From Camelus dromedarius (taxonomy: Eukaryota), in contig NC_087436.1 in assembly GCF_036321535.1 (NCBI RefSeq), positions 71,426,001 through 71,490,000 of the forward strand: DNA of 64,000 nucleotides, in the 5' to 3' direction. Of the stretch, positions 38,965 through 52,034 are shown one piece after another (within the stretch, counting starts at the first letter, position 1; each line of letters begins with the position of its first letter). Made by a program: the position numbers and the translations under genes. The notes under the pieces were generated by a model. It saw only the letters and a program-made list of their open reading frames with translations, was not told the origin of the DNA and ran no database searches.

Positions 38965-39382
38965 CATCCCCCTTACTGCCTTTTCTTTCTTGAAAACTCT
39001 CGTCATTTTCTTTAAAAATTTACTGAACAATAGAGGTGAGAATGTTTCTGCATGTACAAACTAAACTCATTTTCAAAAAAGCATTTTCTGGTCAATCTGA
39101 AGCAGGTCCTAGCTTGTTTAGGATTCTGTGCGATCTGCTGAGTAGTCACAAATATTACTACTAGGAGTCTGAACATGTGATAGAACACCCTTCAATACAC
39201 AATAGAAATAAGCTTAATTTGAACCCCATCTAAGGCAATTACTGACCCAAGTATCTCAAAGCTGGTATGTTTCTGATAAAGTCTTCCCAGGAAAGGATTC
39301 AAAGATAGCTTCATACAAAGACACCAGGGTAGGGAGGATATGATTTCCATTTATACAGTTAATGCACAGTTGGCTGTTACTC
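38965..39382 (-). pseudogene. Candidate fossil exon
   Basis: Acceptor gatttttttttcag|g, donor ATG|gtgagt. 418 bp read in one frame with no net frameshift: SNSQLCINCINGNHILPTLVSLYEAIFESFPGKTLSETYQL*DTWVSNCLRWG...FSKFLKKMTRVFKKEKAVRGM. Confidence 0.65.
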
Positions 39383-39600
39383 CTGAAAAAAAAATCACAT
39401 TAAATTGAAACATTCAGTCTTTAACCTCTGCCCATTTTTTATTAAAAAGTGTGAGGAAAATCAATTGAATAATCTTTAAGTTCCACGAAAATGAAATACT
39501 TTTCTCCATTATAGAAATGATAAATTACCATTTTGTTTCTTTTAACGAACGTAATAAAGTCGTGTCCAAGATTCTCTGCTGAGGAAAAGCAGGCACTTAC

Positions 39601-39657
39601 TTGGTTGCTGTAAAGGTCAAGTATGTGTTCTTTTTTATTCATCAAATGCTATTTGCT
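39601..39657 (-). pseudogene. Candidate small fossil exon (57 bp)
   Basis: Acceptor actctatag|a, consensus donor CAA|gtaagt; 218-bp intron to next exon. Confidence 0.45.
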
Positions 39658-40251
39658 CTATAGAGTATATATTTATGGTCTTTGAAATTGGGATAGTTAG
39701 TGAATTTAAAGAAAGAAACTTTATTTCTTTGAACAGACTTCAAGGACAAGACTAAATTTTCAATATTTCATGCTAATGCATATTGAATAACTGACAGGCA
39801 ACAAAAGGGCATTATTCATGGGTCAGCATCCATTCATTCATTCAGATAAATACTTTCCAAGTGCTAACACTAATTTCAGCTCAACAAACAATTATTAAGT
39901 GCTGCCTGTGTGCATGGCACAACGTATGTCCCATCCCATATGTAGACTATACATGTGGCTAGAAGTCATGTGCCCCACTCTATACCCAGGAGAGACATGT
40001 CATAGAAAAGCCTCAGGGTTCTCCTTTAAAACAGGAAAGGAAAAAGAGGTGTATGGGGGCTTTTGTATTCACAACTTTTAAAAATACTTAAGAATATGCT
40101 AAAATGTTTTTGAATCCATTCACATTTGCTCAGTCAATCTAGAAGTAAACACTGTAAAAATCTAGAACATATTACTTCTGTCCTGTAATCCAAGGGAATT
40201 TGAGTTTAGAGGCATGTTTTCCTTTTTCATTAAAATCTTGACATCTACTTT

Positions 40252-43200
40252 TTCCTTCCAGTTTTATTGAGATATAACTGACATATGGCTCTGGCTAAGT
40301 TTAAGGTATACAGCATAATAATTTGACTTACATCATGAAATGATTATCACAAGTTTAGTGAATATCCATCATCTCATATAGAAATAAAATTAAAGAAAAA
40401 GGAAAAATTATTTTTTCCTTGTAATAAGAACTTTTAAGATTTACTCTCTTGACAACTTTCATATATAACGTACAGCAGTGTAAATTATATTTATTGTGTA
40501 CATTACAACCCTAGTACTTATTTATCTTATAACTGAAAGTTTGTACCTTTTAACTTCCTCCATTCAGTTCCCCTTCCTCCCACCCTCGGCCTCTGGTAAC
40601 CACAAATCTGATCCCCTTTTCTACAAGTTTGTTTGTTTGCTTGTTTTTGTACTATAACTGACCTACAACTCTATGTTAGTTCCTGTAACACTACACGGTG
40701 ATTTGGTATTTTCTACATATTTCCAAATGTTCACAATAATATACGTCACCACACAAAGATGCTACATAGTTAGTTACTATACTCCCCACAATGTACAGAG
40801 CCATCTATCTGTATATGTGCAATTATCTTAAGTTGCTGATCTCTTACATTCAAACTCATTTTAACAACCCTGCATTTTAATTCCCCATGCTTACTGTTTT
40901 AACATCGCATTTCACATCATTTTGTCTTGTGTATCCCTTAACTATCCATTGCAGATATAGATGGTTTTACTACTTTTGTCTTTTAACCTTTCTACCAGCT
41001 TCATACATGGCTGATTTACCACTTTTATTGTATATTTGCCTTTACCAATGAGATTTTTCCTTTCATAATTTTCATATTTCTAGTGTGGCCTTTCCTTTTT
41101 CGCTTAGAGAAATCACGTTTACATTTCTTGTAAACTTGGTTTGGTGGTGCTGAACTTTTTCAGCTTTTGTTTGGCTGTAAAACTTTTGGTCTCACCATCA
41201 ATCTGAATGAGAGCCATGCTGGGCAGGGTATTCTCAATTGTAGGTTTTTCACTTTCATAACTTTCAATCTGTCATGACACTCCCTTCTGGCCTGCAGAGT
41301 TTCTGCTGCAAAGTCAGCTGATAGCCTTATGGAAGTTCCCTTGATGCTTTCAATATTCTCTCTTTATCTTTAATTGTTGCCATTTTAATTACAATGTCTC
41401 TTGGTGTAGTCATCTTTGAGTTGATTTTGTTTGGGACTTTCTGTGCTTTCTGGACCTGAATATCTGTTTCCTTTCCTGGATTAGGTTAGCTTTCAGCTAT
41501 TATGTCTTTAAATATTTTCTCTACCCCTTTCTCTCTCTCTTCTCCTTGTGGGACCACTGTAATACACATGTTAATATGTTTGTTGTAGCAGAAGTCTCTT
41601 ACATTATCCCGGTTTTTTTCTATTCTTTTTTTTTTTTTTTTTGGTCATCTTCACTGATTTCCACTACTCTGTCTTCCAGATCCCTTATCCATTCCTCTGT
41701 ATGTTTAATTTATTGCTGATTTCTTCTAGTGTATTTTTTCTTTTAATTTCAGTTATTGTATTCTTCATCTCTGGTTCTTCTTTATAGTTTCTAACTCTTT
41801 GTTAAAAACTTCTAACTTCTTACTCTGTTCACCCAATCTTCTTCCAAGTTCTTTGAACATCCTTACAATCATTACCTTGAACTCTGTATAGGGTAGGCAA
41901 CCTATCTCCACTTCACCTAGTTCTTCTGAGGTTTTAGCCTATTCCTTCTTTTGGAAGATATTCCTCTGTCACTTCATTTTGCCTAATTGGCTGCTTTTAT
42001 TATGTGTCTGGTAGATTGGTTATGTTTCCTAAACTTAGAGAGATGGCCTTTTGTAGTAGAGAAAAGACATCCTGTCCTGTGCTTCCCAAAAGCACAATCC
42101 CCTCTGATCACCAGAGCTGTTTGCTCTAGGGGTACCCCTATTTGGGCTGCATAGGCCCTTCTGTTGTGGCAGGCTGACTACTGTAGGTGGTCTTATAAGG
42201 GTGGCTGGGCCCCAGTCTGGTTGGTTGTCAGGCCCAGCCTTGTGTGGAGGCTGCCAGCTACTGGTTGGCAGGGCCAAGTCATGAGGTTGCTGGCTGTGGG
42301 GCCCCAGGGGGGGCCTGGGCATAATTCTGGCTCACTGGTGGGCAGAGCTGGGTTCTGGAATGAGTGGTTGTGGGGCTGGGGGTCCCAGATTTAATGTTGG
42401 CTTGCTGGTGGGCAAGGCCAGTTCCTGACATGGCTGGATAAGGGGTCTGGGGTGTCCCAAAGCTGGTGTTGGCCCACTGGTGGATAGGGTGAGTCCTCGG
42501 GCTAGTGCTGGCCCACTGGTGGGTGAAGCCAGGACCTGGGTTCTCTGGCTGCAGGGCTCAGGGGTCCTGTGCTAATGTTGCCCCACTGGTGGATGGGCTG
42601 AGGCCTAGGATATCCCAGGGTTGTGCCAGCTCACTGGTGGGCAAATCTGGGTCCCAGTATCTTTGGCTGCAGGGCCCTGAGGACCTCAGAGTTGGTGTTT
42701 CAGTTCTCTGGCAAGCAGAACGGGGAGCCAAGGGTCCTAAGGATAGTGTCTGGTGAGTGAGGCTGGTCTCAGGGCCAATAAAAGCCCCCTGATGGGTGGG
42801 ACCAGGTCCCAGGGTCCTGTGGGTTCAGGGGTCATAAGGCAGCAGGCCTGCTGGTTGGTGGGGCTCTCTCTCTGCCCTACTAGTTATTTGGCCTGAGGTG
42901 TCTGTGTACTGATGCCAAAAGGCTGGTGGGTGGAGCCAGGTCCTGGCACTAATAGGCTCAAGGAAGGACTCCAAAGTGGTGCTTGACAGCCTCAGCGTCC
43001 ATGTGGTAGAACCAACTCCCCAAATGGCTCCCCCCAGTGTCTGTGGCCCCAGGGTGAGCTCCAGTTGCCCCTCTCTGGGAGGCTCTCCAAGATCAGCAAG
43101 TGGGTATGACCCAGGCTTCTTTCAAATTACTGCTTCTGCCCTGGATCCCAGAGCATGTGAGATTTTGTGTGTGCCTTTTAAGAGTGGAATCTCTATTTCC

Positions 43201-43581
43201 CTCAGTCCTCTGGCTCGCCCAAAAGGAAGCCTCACTGGCCTTAAAAACCAAAAGCTCTGGGAGCTTGGCTTTTGGGTGTAGGATCCCCAGTCTGGGGAGC
43301 CTGATGTGGGGCTCAGATCACTTGCTCCTTAGGGAGACCCTCTGCAGTTATCATCATCCTCTCATTGGTGGGTTGCCCACCCCAGGTCTTAATTGAACGA
43401 TGTCTCTGCCCTCTCATCCGTCTTGTTGTGGTTTCTTCTTTCTATCTTTAGTTGTAGATATTTTCTGCTAGTCTTCTGGTTTTTCCATTGATAGTTGCTC
43501 TGTCAGTAGTTGTCATTTTAGTGCGCCCATGGGAGGAGATGAGCTCAGGGTCTTCCTACTCTGCCATCTTGGCCACTCCCC
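40252..43581 (-). mobile_element. L1 with 5'UTR + ORF1 + 3'UTR but no ORF2
   Basis: Minus strand starts ggggagtggccaagatggc (YY1-type motif). GC-rich 5'UTR to about 42000, degenerate ORF1 about 41980-41110, spacer, then a jump to 3'UTR at about 40800. Approximate TSD ttgacatctactttt / ttgacaccttatttt. Confidence 0.8.
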
Positions 43582-46500
43582 ACCTTTGACACCTTATTTT
43601 CAATTAATAGATTTATGAAGGAATTGTGTTTTCCTTCATCACCAGTTACCTCTGGCAGATATTTACAATATCAAACTTTTCAAAAAAGATTTTTCCATGA
43701 GTGCTGATAGAAACAGCAGTGGCAAGTGCTGCCTCTCCCTTGTAAGCTGAAGTTATTAGGATAGTTAGCAATATATGTGCAAAGTGGCACATTGCTGAGC
43801 TAATCATTGAATCTGAGTAATCCACTTCTCAACAAGTACACTATTTTCTTTCAAAATCATGAGACTATTCATATTTAGCTTCCAAAATCTCATTAGACTG
43901 TCTCCTTCTGGCAACCAAATTGCTTAACAATAAATAATTCATCAACCTCCGGAGGCTAAGAAAACTTTGAAAGGTGTTCTGGTTTAACAAAACTGCAGTG
44001 GTTTAGTTTATATAATGTACCAGGGAACTGAAAATAGGTGAAATGCTCATATTTGTACTTTGGAAGGAACTTTGATGAATAATACAATAGCTTTTCAGTT
44101 GCGTTATGTAAAATGTTTGTTGGATCACATTTCCTTTCTTCCCCCTAACTATTGCACATTTCTTTGATATATGTACTGTCTACATTTAATCAGATTAGTT
44201 CCCTTTCATACATTTCTTATATTTCTAAAACTTGCTCTTCCAGAATAAAGATTAGATTATATAAAGATCTATGGTCTTCATAACATCTCTGTTCAAATAA
44301 TTGCTACTCTCTGGAATATATTATTGGGAAAGATTATGTGATACTCTTTCCTAGAGCTCTTTAAGAAGAGAATTTGTCTGCAGTCATTTACATCAGTTAT
44401 AAAATTAAGCACTAGCCTGAATTTCCCTTTTTCCCTCCTTTTCTCCTTCCCTACCTTCCTTTTTAACTTCCTGCCTTCCCGCCTTTCTTCCTTTCTTTCC
44501 TTTCTTTTCCTTGTCCTACCCTTCCTCTTATTTTTCTCTCTTCAGACACATTGTGTACCTATTATTTGCAAGATGTCATGCTGAATGCTGAGAATAAAAA
44601 GATGAATAAGTCATGATCCTGTAATGTCTGTTGTGACATAATAAGTGCAAAATAATCAATGACACAACACAGACTGAGAGATAAAGAAAACTGTATTGAC
44701 ACAACAGGGACTATACAACAGATGCCCTTGAGGCCTGGTATTTAATTGTAACTTTCTGATTCCATTTGTCTGATTTCCATGAGGATCCATTAACCCCAAA
44801 CCGACTGAGAAATTTCATCAAGATTAATTTGTCCTTAGGGCTAGATGAGAAATCAATAGCTGTAATGCTTCTAAAATTTCATTTTATAGATTTTTAATAG
44901 CTAGATCTCTCCATTCTCTTTCTCACATCACCTCCCATGTTCCCATGTATTCAATTCTAACCCAGAGGCCACTGTCATTCTTCTTTTATTCTTTCATTCT
45001 TTCTGAGCTGCACAGCAGGCATGCGGAGGAGGAAGACAGAAAACAGAAAACTTGTCAGTGTGAGCATCAAGCTGCCAGCCTGTTTCTGCCATGTCACTCT
45101 GATCCACTCCTCCCCGACTAATCCCCAGCACAACACCAGTTATCTATCAAATGCCAGAAAGGGAAAGAAAACTCACAATACAAGATGGTCTTTCCAATTA
45201 AAAACAAAACTCTCTCATGCACACTCACTGATAATACAAACAGAAGTATTTGCAGGGCAACTTCCCTAGAGGACCTCCCAGCCTCGTCCTAGCAGAAGGA
45301 ACAGGCGTATGAAGACAACAGCTAAGGTGCACTGAGTAGTGTCTGCATCTGATATGCTTCACATGCATACATGTAGCTCACCTCAACCTACCCCATTTTA
45401 CAGTGAAGAAAACTGAGGCACAGAACAATTATAGGTGCCAGAGAGAAAAGACCAGCTCAAGCAGCACTTTAGAGTTTCTACAGCCTGTGTTCTTAAACTT
45501 TAGGTGGACCTGCAAGCCATTTTAATGTTATGTGGTAAATGATATGACAGACATGTGCTCAGGGTGCTACCAAATCAAACAACTAGCAAATACCTTATGA
45601 ATGCTATTTCAAAAAAAAAACCTTTCTTTTTTTCCAGCTCTAGAAAATATCCCAGAGAAGCCCTGTCAAGCCTGCCGCACACCAAGTGCCTGCATGCCTC
45701 CTGTGGGTTAAGAATTACTTTTTATCTCAGCTATTTAAGGACAGCTATGCCCTCGCACACATAGCACATAATATTCTTGTATATGTAGGTGACCCCAAAT
45801 ATTCGGAGTTCCACTGCCACTTGGCAAAGTTATTTATCCCTATAGCTTTAAGGGTAATTATTTGGTAATTAAGTCTTCCTCACCTCCATCCAATATTCAC
45901 TCCACCACAGCAGTCTCTCCTAACGCTGGCAGAGTGTGGAGTCAGCTCCGTGGCATCTGTCAGATGCTTCTTATAAATTTTTTAAATTTTTCAGAAGGAA
46001 AAATGTTATAATAACCATTATAAGTGTCTGCAAGATGCCAGAGGATCTTTTATAGAAGGTACTTAGGGTAAGTTGTCCTTTTGTACACATATAAAAGGAG
46101 AACGATATAAGAATCATTAGTGTGCCAGGTATAATTTGGTTCCAAAAACTAAGCCAAAAGTCTGCTAATTTGGGGGAAAAAAATGATAATGTGAAATAGT
46201 TATAAATGTCAGTTTTTGTAGGTCTCCAACTCTTTGCAGCAACTGGATTTGGGCCATCTGAGAATAATTTCTACTGTTAAATCAACACAGAAATGGAGAG
46301 AGAAACTTGATAAAGCTATTCCCAGGCTGGTGATTTAAGAGTTAAACTGCAGAGCTGACACTCTACCATTTGGTAATCCTCCCACCACATACTTAGCTTT
46401 GTCTGTAAAATCTGTGAAGGAGCCTCCTTCCGGAAGTCGGGTTTTCTTCTAATACCATAATTGGTTAGGTATGTATTATGCTATATTAGTAACTACACCC

Positions 46501-46934
46501 CCTTGATTTCAGAGCAAACGGCACCCACACACTTGCTATTAACCTTCTGAATTGTAAGATGTGCTGGGCTGCCACAACCTGGTTGTTCAGGTGTACCCCT
46601 CAAGTGTGAGATGCTATCTGCTCGGTAATGAAATGACAAGACAGAATTATGGCAGAAAAAGAACACCCATATATACACCCTAAATTGTACAGATGAACAT
46701 TTTGAAATTCAATGGTACGTCAGGAAGGTGTCCTCCAGCAGACTTCCTTTTTCTTACACAGGTAAAGCTAACTATTGTGTTCCAAAGCAGAACTGAGGCC
46801 TGCTGCAATTGTTCCTGCAACTAGTTTATCACTGGTCAACTGCTGCTGGGAAAATAAGGGTAAGTTAGTTACATGGTGGATAAAAAAAAATTCTCTAGAA
46901 TTCACAAGTAATTGTAGAAATAACTAACACGTAC

Positions 46935-47103
46935 AATCACATGGAAAAGCTTCACACTGCAAAAAATTGCCAACACAGAAAATTCATTTGGCCATACTAT
47001 GTCTTCATACACTAAACCTCCAAGTATGGCTATTAGAACATGCATGATAAAGTCAGAGTTTTCTCCCATCTTCAGATAAATCATCATAAGTTCAACCAGA
47101 AGC
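46935..47103 (-). pseudogene. Candidate fossil exon
   Basis: Acceptor gcttttgcttctgactcttaactggatttcag|g, donor ATT|gtacgt. One frame is fully open for 56 codons (LLVELMMIYLKMGENSDF...). An alternative frame ASG*TYDDLSEDGRKL*LYHACSNSHTWRFSV* has only TGA stops. Confidence 0.5.
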
Positions 47104-48149
47104 CTGAAATCCAGTTAAGAGTCAGAAGCAAAAGCAAGCAATTTATTCACCTACTGAACTTAATTAACTTTGTATATTATAAATAAAATAAATGTTTGAA
47201 GTACAATAGAAATACTTTGTTAATGTAATTGAGTCTGGTAGTTAACTGATGAATCAGTAAAGTAGTCAACTTAGGGAACAACAAAAAATTATAGGTATTA
47301 TAAACATTTTATGTTAAAGCAGATAAATACATATTCAAGTTTGAATCGTTTGGTGTGAGGAGAAATCCAGTCCCTTGAGAATGTATCCCCTGATGGGAAT
47401 TTCATCTGGCCTTTCTTGCAAAAACCATACTCGTAACACTGACTAAGCTTTCCAGTTTTAGTTTTTTAAAAGATACAGGAATTTAAAGACTTTAGAGAAG
47501 CAAAAAGCATGTTAAATCCTTTTAGATTTCCAAGGTTTTATAATCTTTTCTAAATATCTTACCAACACCTAATTTGACATCATTTTCAACTGTTTCTGTT
47601 TATTGGGTCATTCCAAAGTATTTAGTTTAATTTTCATACAAATATTTCTCTTCTATTTCCCATTCATATTTTATTGATTTACATGAATATTTAGTTAAAT
47701 TCTGTCATTAAAATAACGACTACAACTGGCATAAAATTTGGGGGAATAAACAAAAGTATACCTTAAGAAGTGGAAGCTATAGTACATAAATATATAAGAG
47801 ATTTGATTACAGGCCATAAGCACTCAGGAAGCTACAGGACTCAGACTTTTACAGAGGAAATAAAGAAGGTTTGTCATTCTGTAAATTTTATTAAATGAAA
47901 GTGAGTTAAATTAAACCTAAGTTTTAGTAGGTGCAATAGTTGTATGGCAACAACATGTTATGAGAATGTACTAATACAATGTAATACATTTTGTGGGAAT
48001 TTATGAACATTTCAGTTACTTCTTACTATATAATATAGATAGTTCAGAGAATAATCTTGTCCATGAGTTAAAAAAATTTTCAACTAGCAGAGGCAAACCA
48101 AGATAGAAATTTATTGTTTCAATTTAGCAAAATGACCTTTCAAAATTGT

Positions 48150-48780
48150 CCCAAATTGAGGCAAAGGACTTGGGCTTTTGTATTCCCACATTAGACAGTC
48201 ATTGACTGCAGCCACGCCCTTTGAGGCTATATGATCTTAGACACAGCAGTTCCCTACAGCTGAGAGCTATGCGCAGTGAGGGGCATATATATGAGTAGTT
48301 AGTAGCTATACTTATCAGCAGGCAAGGATAAGTATGTTTCTTTGAAGAGAACTCTGGGCTGAATACCCAGACATTTGGGATGCACTGCAAGACTGTCTTT
48401 TCCTGCTCAGATCCACTTGCTCTTACAGCAAGCATGCCCATCTGGGGCAGCTTCTCCAAGTTTCCAGGGGAAACATAAAAAGAGAGTTAGCAAGTGTAGG
48501 AACTACATTTCAAGACTGTAATGGATCTCCAACCAGTAACTGATGCTTATCGCTCTCCTCTTCCCCTAGTCAGTCTAGATTCCCTCACCTCCACTTCTGT
48601 CTGCTGGTGGGGCAACCCATAGCCTCATCCCTGAGGTGTCTGAACTCCAGCTTACATGACTGTTTGTAAACCATGGCTGCTGTTCTTGACTGTTCACTGT
48701 TAAAACTGGGCACGGGAGCACCAAGAGGCACCTCGGTGATTAACTAAGCACCAAACATATTCTTTTCTGCCCGCTAGTCA
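48150..48780 (-). mobile_element. ERVL-type LTR and adjacent 3' internal sequence
   Basis: cagtcattgactgcagcc...gcagttccctacagctgagagc (old ERVL LTR-like), then gctcagatccacttgct...tagattccctcacc internal-like sequence; assigned from memory. Confidence 0.55.
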
Positions 48781-48799
48781 ATGTCTAGCCATGATTAGA

Positions 48800-50500
48800 A
48801 GACATGGCAAACTCACTTGCAAGGTCTCACTCTCTGATGCTTGAGGTATGAGGGAAAAAGTAAACTACTGAGCACCACTGAGTCACTGAAGAGAGAATGA
48901 GAGACAGAGGGTGATAAATAAAATACAATCAAGTCAATGTAAAATTCAAAAACCACAGGGTGTCCAGGCAGCATTTAATAAAATTTATAATCTCTTGCAG
49001 ATGAGGAATAGAAAATTAAGGAACAGGCTCAGGACAGCTGTAAGAGCAGCACAGCTTCATAGAAGACTGAATTCTCATCACCAGCAGGTCTTCCATGTCA
49101 AGGTCAGGGCCAAAATCAGGAAGGAACAGGACACAGGGACTTGGGATGGAGATATCTGGGGAGATGCATTAAAACCCTTAAATTCCCAAATATCCACAAA
49201 CCTGCCGGATCTGCATAAAAGATTTTGCTTTAAGGCCCATTGCTTGAGATCGTGCACAGGTCTCAAATAAGGCAAGAGCCTTAGCAAAGATAATGCTTGT
49301 CCCCTCAAGATCTACCTCCATATCCTCTCCTGGCAACCAAGACAATAACAAGGATAAAATCCAAGTCTGGCCCAATTTGGGATAAGAGAGTAGAGGGAAT
49401 TTACACTGAAGTTGCTATAGTATCTGACTGACACAGCTTGGAAGGAGCTTGGAAATTATGTGATGAACTTGAAGGTCTCTTGAAGGTTCTAGATAAAAGG
49501 AGTGAAACATTAAGCTGGGTAAGGGAGAGTCAATTGAAATGGGATAATGCTGTCATAATACAGAATTTAATACAAAGGCAAAGACTCCGGGAATTAGAGT
49601 TAATACTTCACTAGCATAGCTCTTAGAAGCTTGAAAAAAGCCATGGCTCACTATCAGTGAAATGTAAATGATAGAACTATTGTGCTAGATAGTAGAGAAA
49701 TAGATAAACATGCTCAGAAAGGTGGATAGGATACCGTAGATATACTACAAAAAGCTAGAAAACACACCAGCTAAATATGTTCTGTAGCAGGACCAGAGAT
49801 AACTTTACCAAAGGGATAATGAAAGTAGTGGCGAGAGGGGCACCAGCAGGGTTTAGAAATCCAGTGGTAGCATCCTCTGTAGAACAGAGGCAAGGGTAGA
49901 AGATATTACAGAACTAAGCTCCCCTAATAATAGAGGCCAGGTGATGGTACTTAACCATGAGACGAAAGTGGGTACAATTATTGCAATGAGAAGCATGGTC
50001 GAAGTGGTAGCCAGGAGTGCCCCAAACTATGGAAAACTATGGAGATAGTTAAAAATATATGGTCTTCCTAGAGACTTGATGGATAAGTAGCCAACATAGG
50101 TATTGCTTAATTTACATAATGACAAAAATTGAAGAAGGATGGTTAGGAAGCTGCTCAATAAAAAAGCCACAATCCTTGGCCCAGTTTCCGTATGTTAGTC
50201 AGTTTCCCGACTCAGAACCCATTTGTTCAAGGAGAAGCCAGATCCCTATAAGGACAGATCCCGAAAGACCAGAGCCTATGACATTTACTTGGGTAATTAT
50301 GAATTGGAGAAAGAATAATACCCAGTTGTTTCAAGGATTATTAGATATGGGGTCTCAATTGACATTCATATTCAGATACCCAAAGTGCTACTATACTCTG
50401 ATCATTATGTGTGTGCTAGGTAATGGAGTGGCCCACGTTCAATTCCTAATGGGTCTGCTGGCTCCACAGACCCACCTGGTAGACACTGACTTGAAGGAAC
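48800..50500 (+). mobile_element. Degenerate ERVL gag-protease region
   Basis: KVRAKIRKEQDTGTWDGDIWGD resembles the ERVL gag motif VRALIGKEWDPxTWxGDIW; FQGLLDMGSQLT resembles the aspartyl protease motif LLDTGS. Confidence 0.85.
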
Positions 50501-50734
50501 CTGGTTCCTGTGAAAGCTACTCTTCTAGGGGTCCACACCCAGAACTTTTTTTTTTTTTAATCAAATCTTACTTCCTAGGTTTGTTACCTAAAAAACTTCT
50601 GTTCTACACTTTCTCATGATTAATTAGGTGTTTATTTTGACTCCCTCATAAGATCCAAGAATGCTCTACGTTTGGGTTTGCTCCATACTCTTACTGAAGC
50701 CTGATTCTTTTGAAAATTCTCAGTCCTAGCTTAT

Positions 50735-50978
50735 CCTGGTTTAGTGTTCGTGACAGTCATCAGTTTGTTCCAGGGCATATATGAACTTTGTCAATGTGCA
50801 CCATTCCACACTGACTCTGATACGACCCCTGTGGGCATCAGCAATTGCTGCCACAGCCAAGAAAGAGCTGATTTCAGAGTCCTGCCATCCATTAATGGGT
50901 CTGTCATCGCTTTGGAAAGACCATATCATGGTATCTTATCACCATGCTTATTGCTCTGTTCTCTGAGGTTACCAGCTC
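50735..50978 (-). pseudogene. Candidate fossil exon with mutated donor
   Basis: Acceptor gtgtcaaag|g after a pyrimidine/TG tract; donor reads AGG|ataagc (GT>AT). Frame GDKIP*YGLSKAMTDPLMDGRTLKSALSWLWQQLLMPTGVVSESVWNGAH*QSSYMPWNKLM. Confidence 0.4.
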
Positions 50979-51357
50979 CTTTGACACACACACATACAGA
51001 CAGAAGAATACAGACATTTTGTGCATGTGCTGACAAGTCCCCTAATTTTTACCTTCCTTGAAGTCGGTGGTGAGACAAGCCCCCAAAATCTCACATTTAA
51101 TTTCTACTTCACTTAGAAAGCTTGCACAGATTCAGGAAGGGAAATGATAGGTATATATACACATATTTTTTTAATCTAGAGAGGCATTAAACTCAAAGTC
51201 ATCGTAGTCTATTTGAGAGTAGATTCACTTTCTATATGAATATAGCATTCATAAATATATATAGCATTCATATGTATATTATCATTTATGAACATATTCC
51301 AGAAGGCAGACCCTTTGGAGCAAAGTAGAATATAATACACTTGTATTCTTTCCTTAC

Positions 51358-52034
51358 AAGCAATTAATGTTACAGAAATGAAAGCAACCTTCACAAGCAG
51401 ACTTCTTAGATGTCTCGTCCCACTGCTCCCGTAATTGCCCTGACTATCTCTAGTGAACTTTGTGAACCACTGGGCAACTGTCTTCTAAAAAGATTCCTCT
51501 GTTGTCTAATTCATAATACTCAAGTTCCCAGGCTACCATTTCACTGGAGCATTCCTTATGGTCAATTCCTTGAGGAATTAATTCAGCTTAATTTTAGTAT
51601 CACACAGAGACAGTTGTGCCTCTGTAAATAAGTTCTTTTAAGCATCTTCTTAAATGAGGGAATTCTCTGGAGGATCTTACTGCCACTAATTGCTTCCCAG
51701 TTGTAATCATCTTTGAGGGGAAACATCTGCCATTGTCGTCAGGGTGAGTGCTTGGTTCTGTTTTCTCAAGTCTCTCACAGCACTCATATCCCTCCCATTT
51801 ATTTGGGATTGTGGCGGTGGAGTACATAGTGATAATTTCTCCCTGTCTGCGATAAAACTGACACAATTTAGTCAATGAACAGTCAGCGTTGGTTCACTTC
51901 CATGGTTTCTATTTGTCTTGCTGGTATTGGTTGCCATCATTTGTAAACAGTTTGCTTTTGTTGTTTTTTCTTCATTATTTAAATAGAAATTTCAAGTGAA
52001 TAGTAACCAAGATCTAGTCTTTCTCCTTGTTATT
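51358..52034 (-). pseudogene. Candidate fossil exon
   Basis: Acceptor tttatttttcttagattttag|a, donor CTT|gtaagg. Contains track ORF 51600-51875 and protein-like pieces FPLKDDYNWEAISGSKILQ and EMVAWELEYYELDNRGIFLEDSCP. Confidence 0.45.

Noticed and set aside
42035..43396. Cluster of GC-rich ORFs / possible CpG-island gene
   Set aside because: This is the CpG-depleted 5'UTR of the minus-strand L1.
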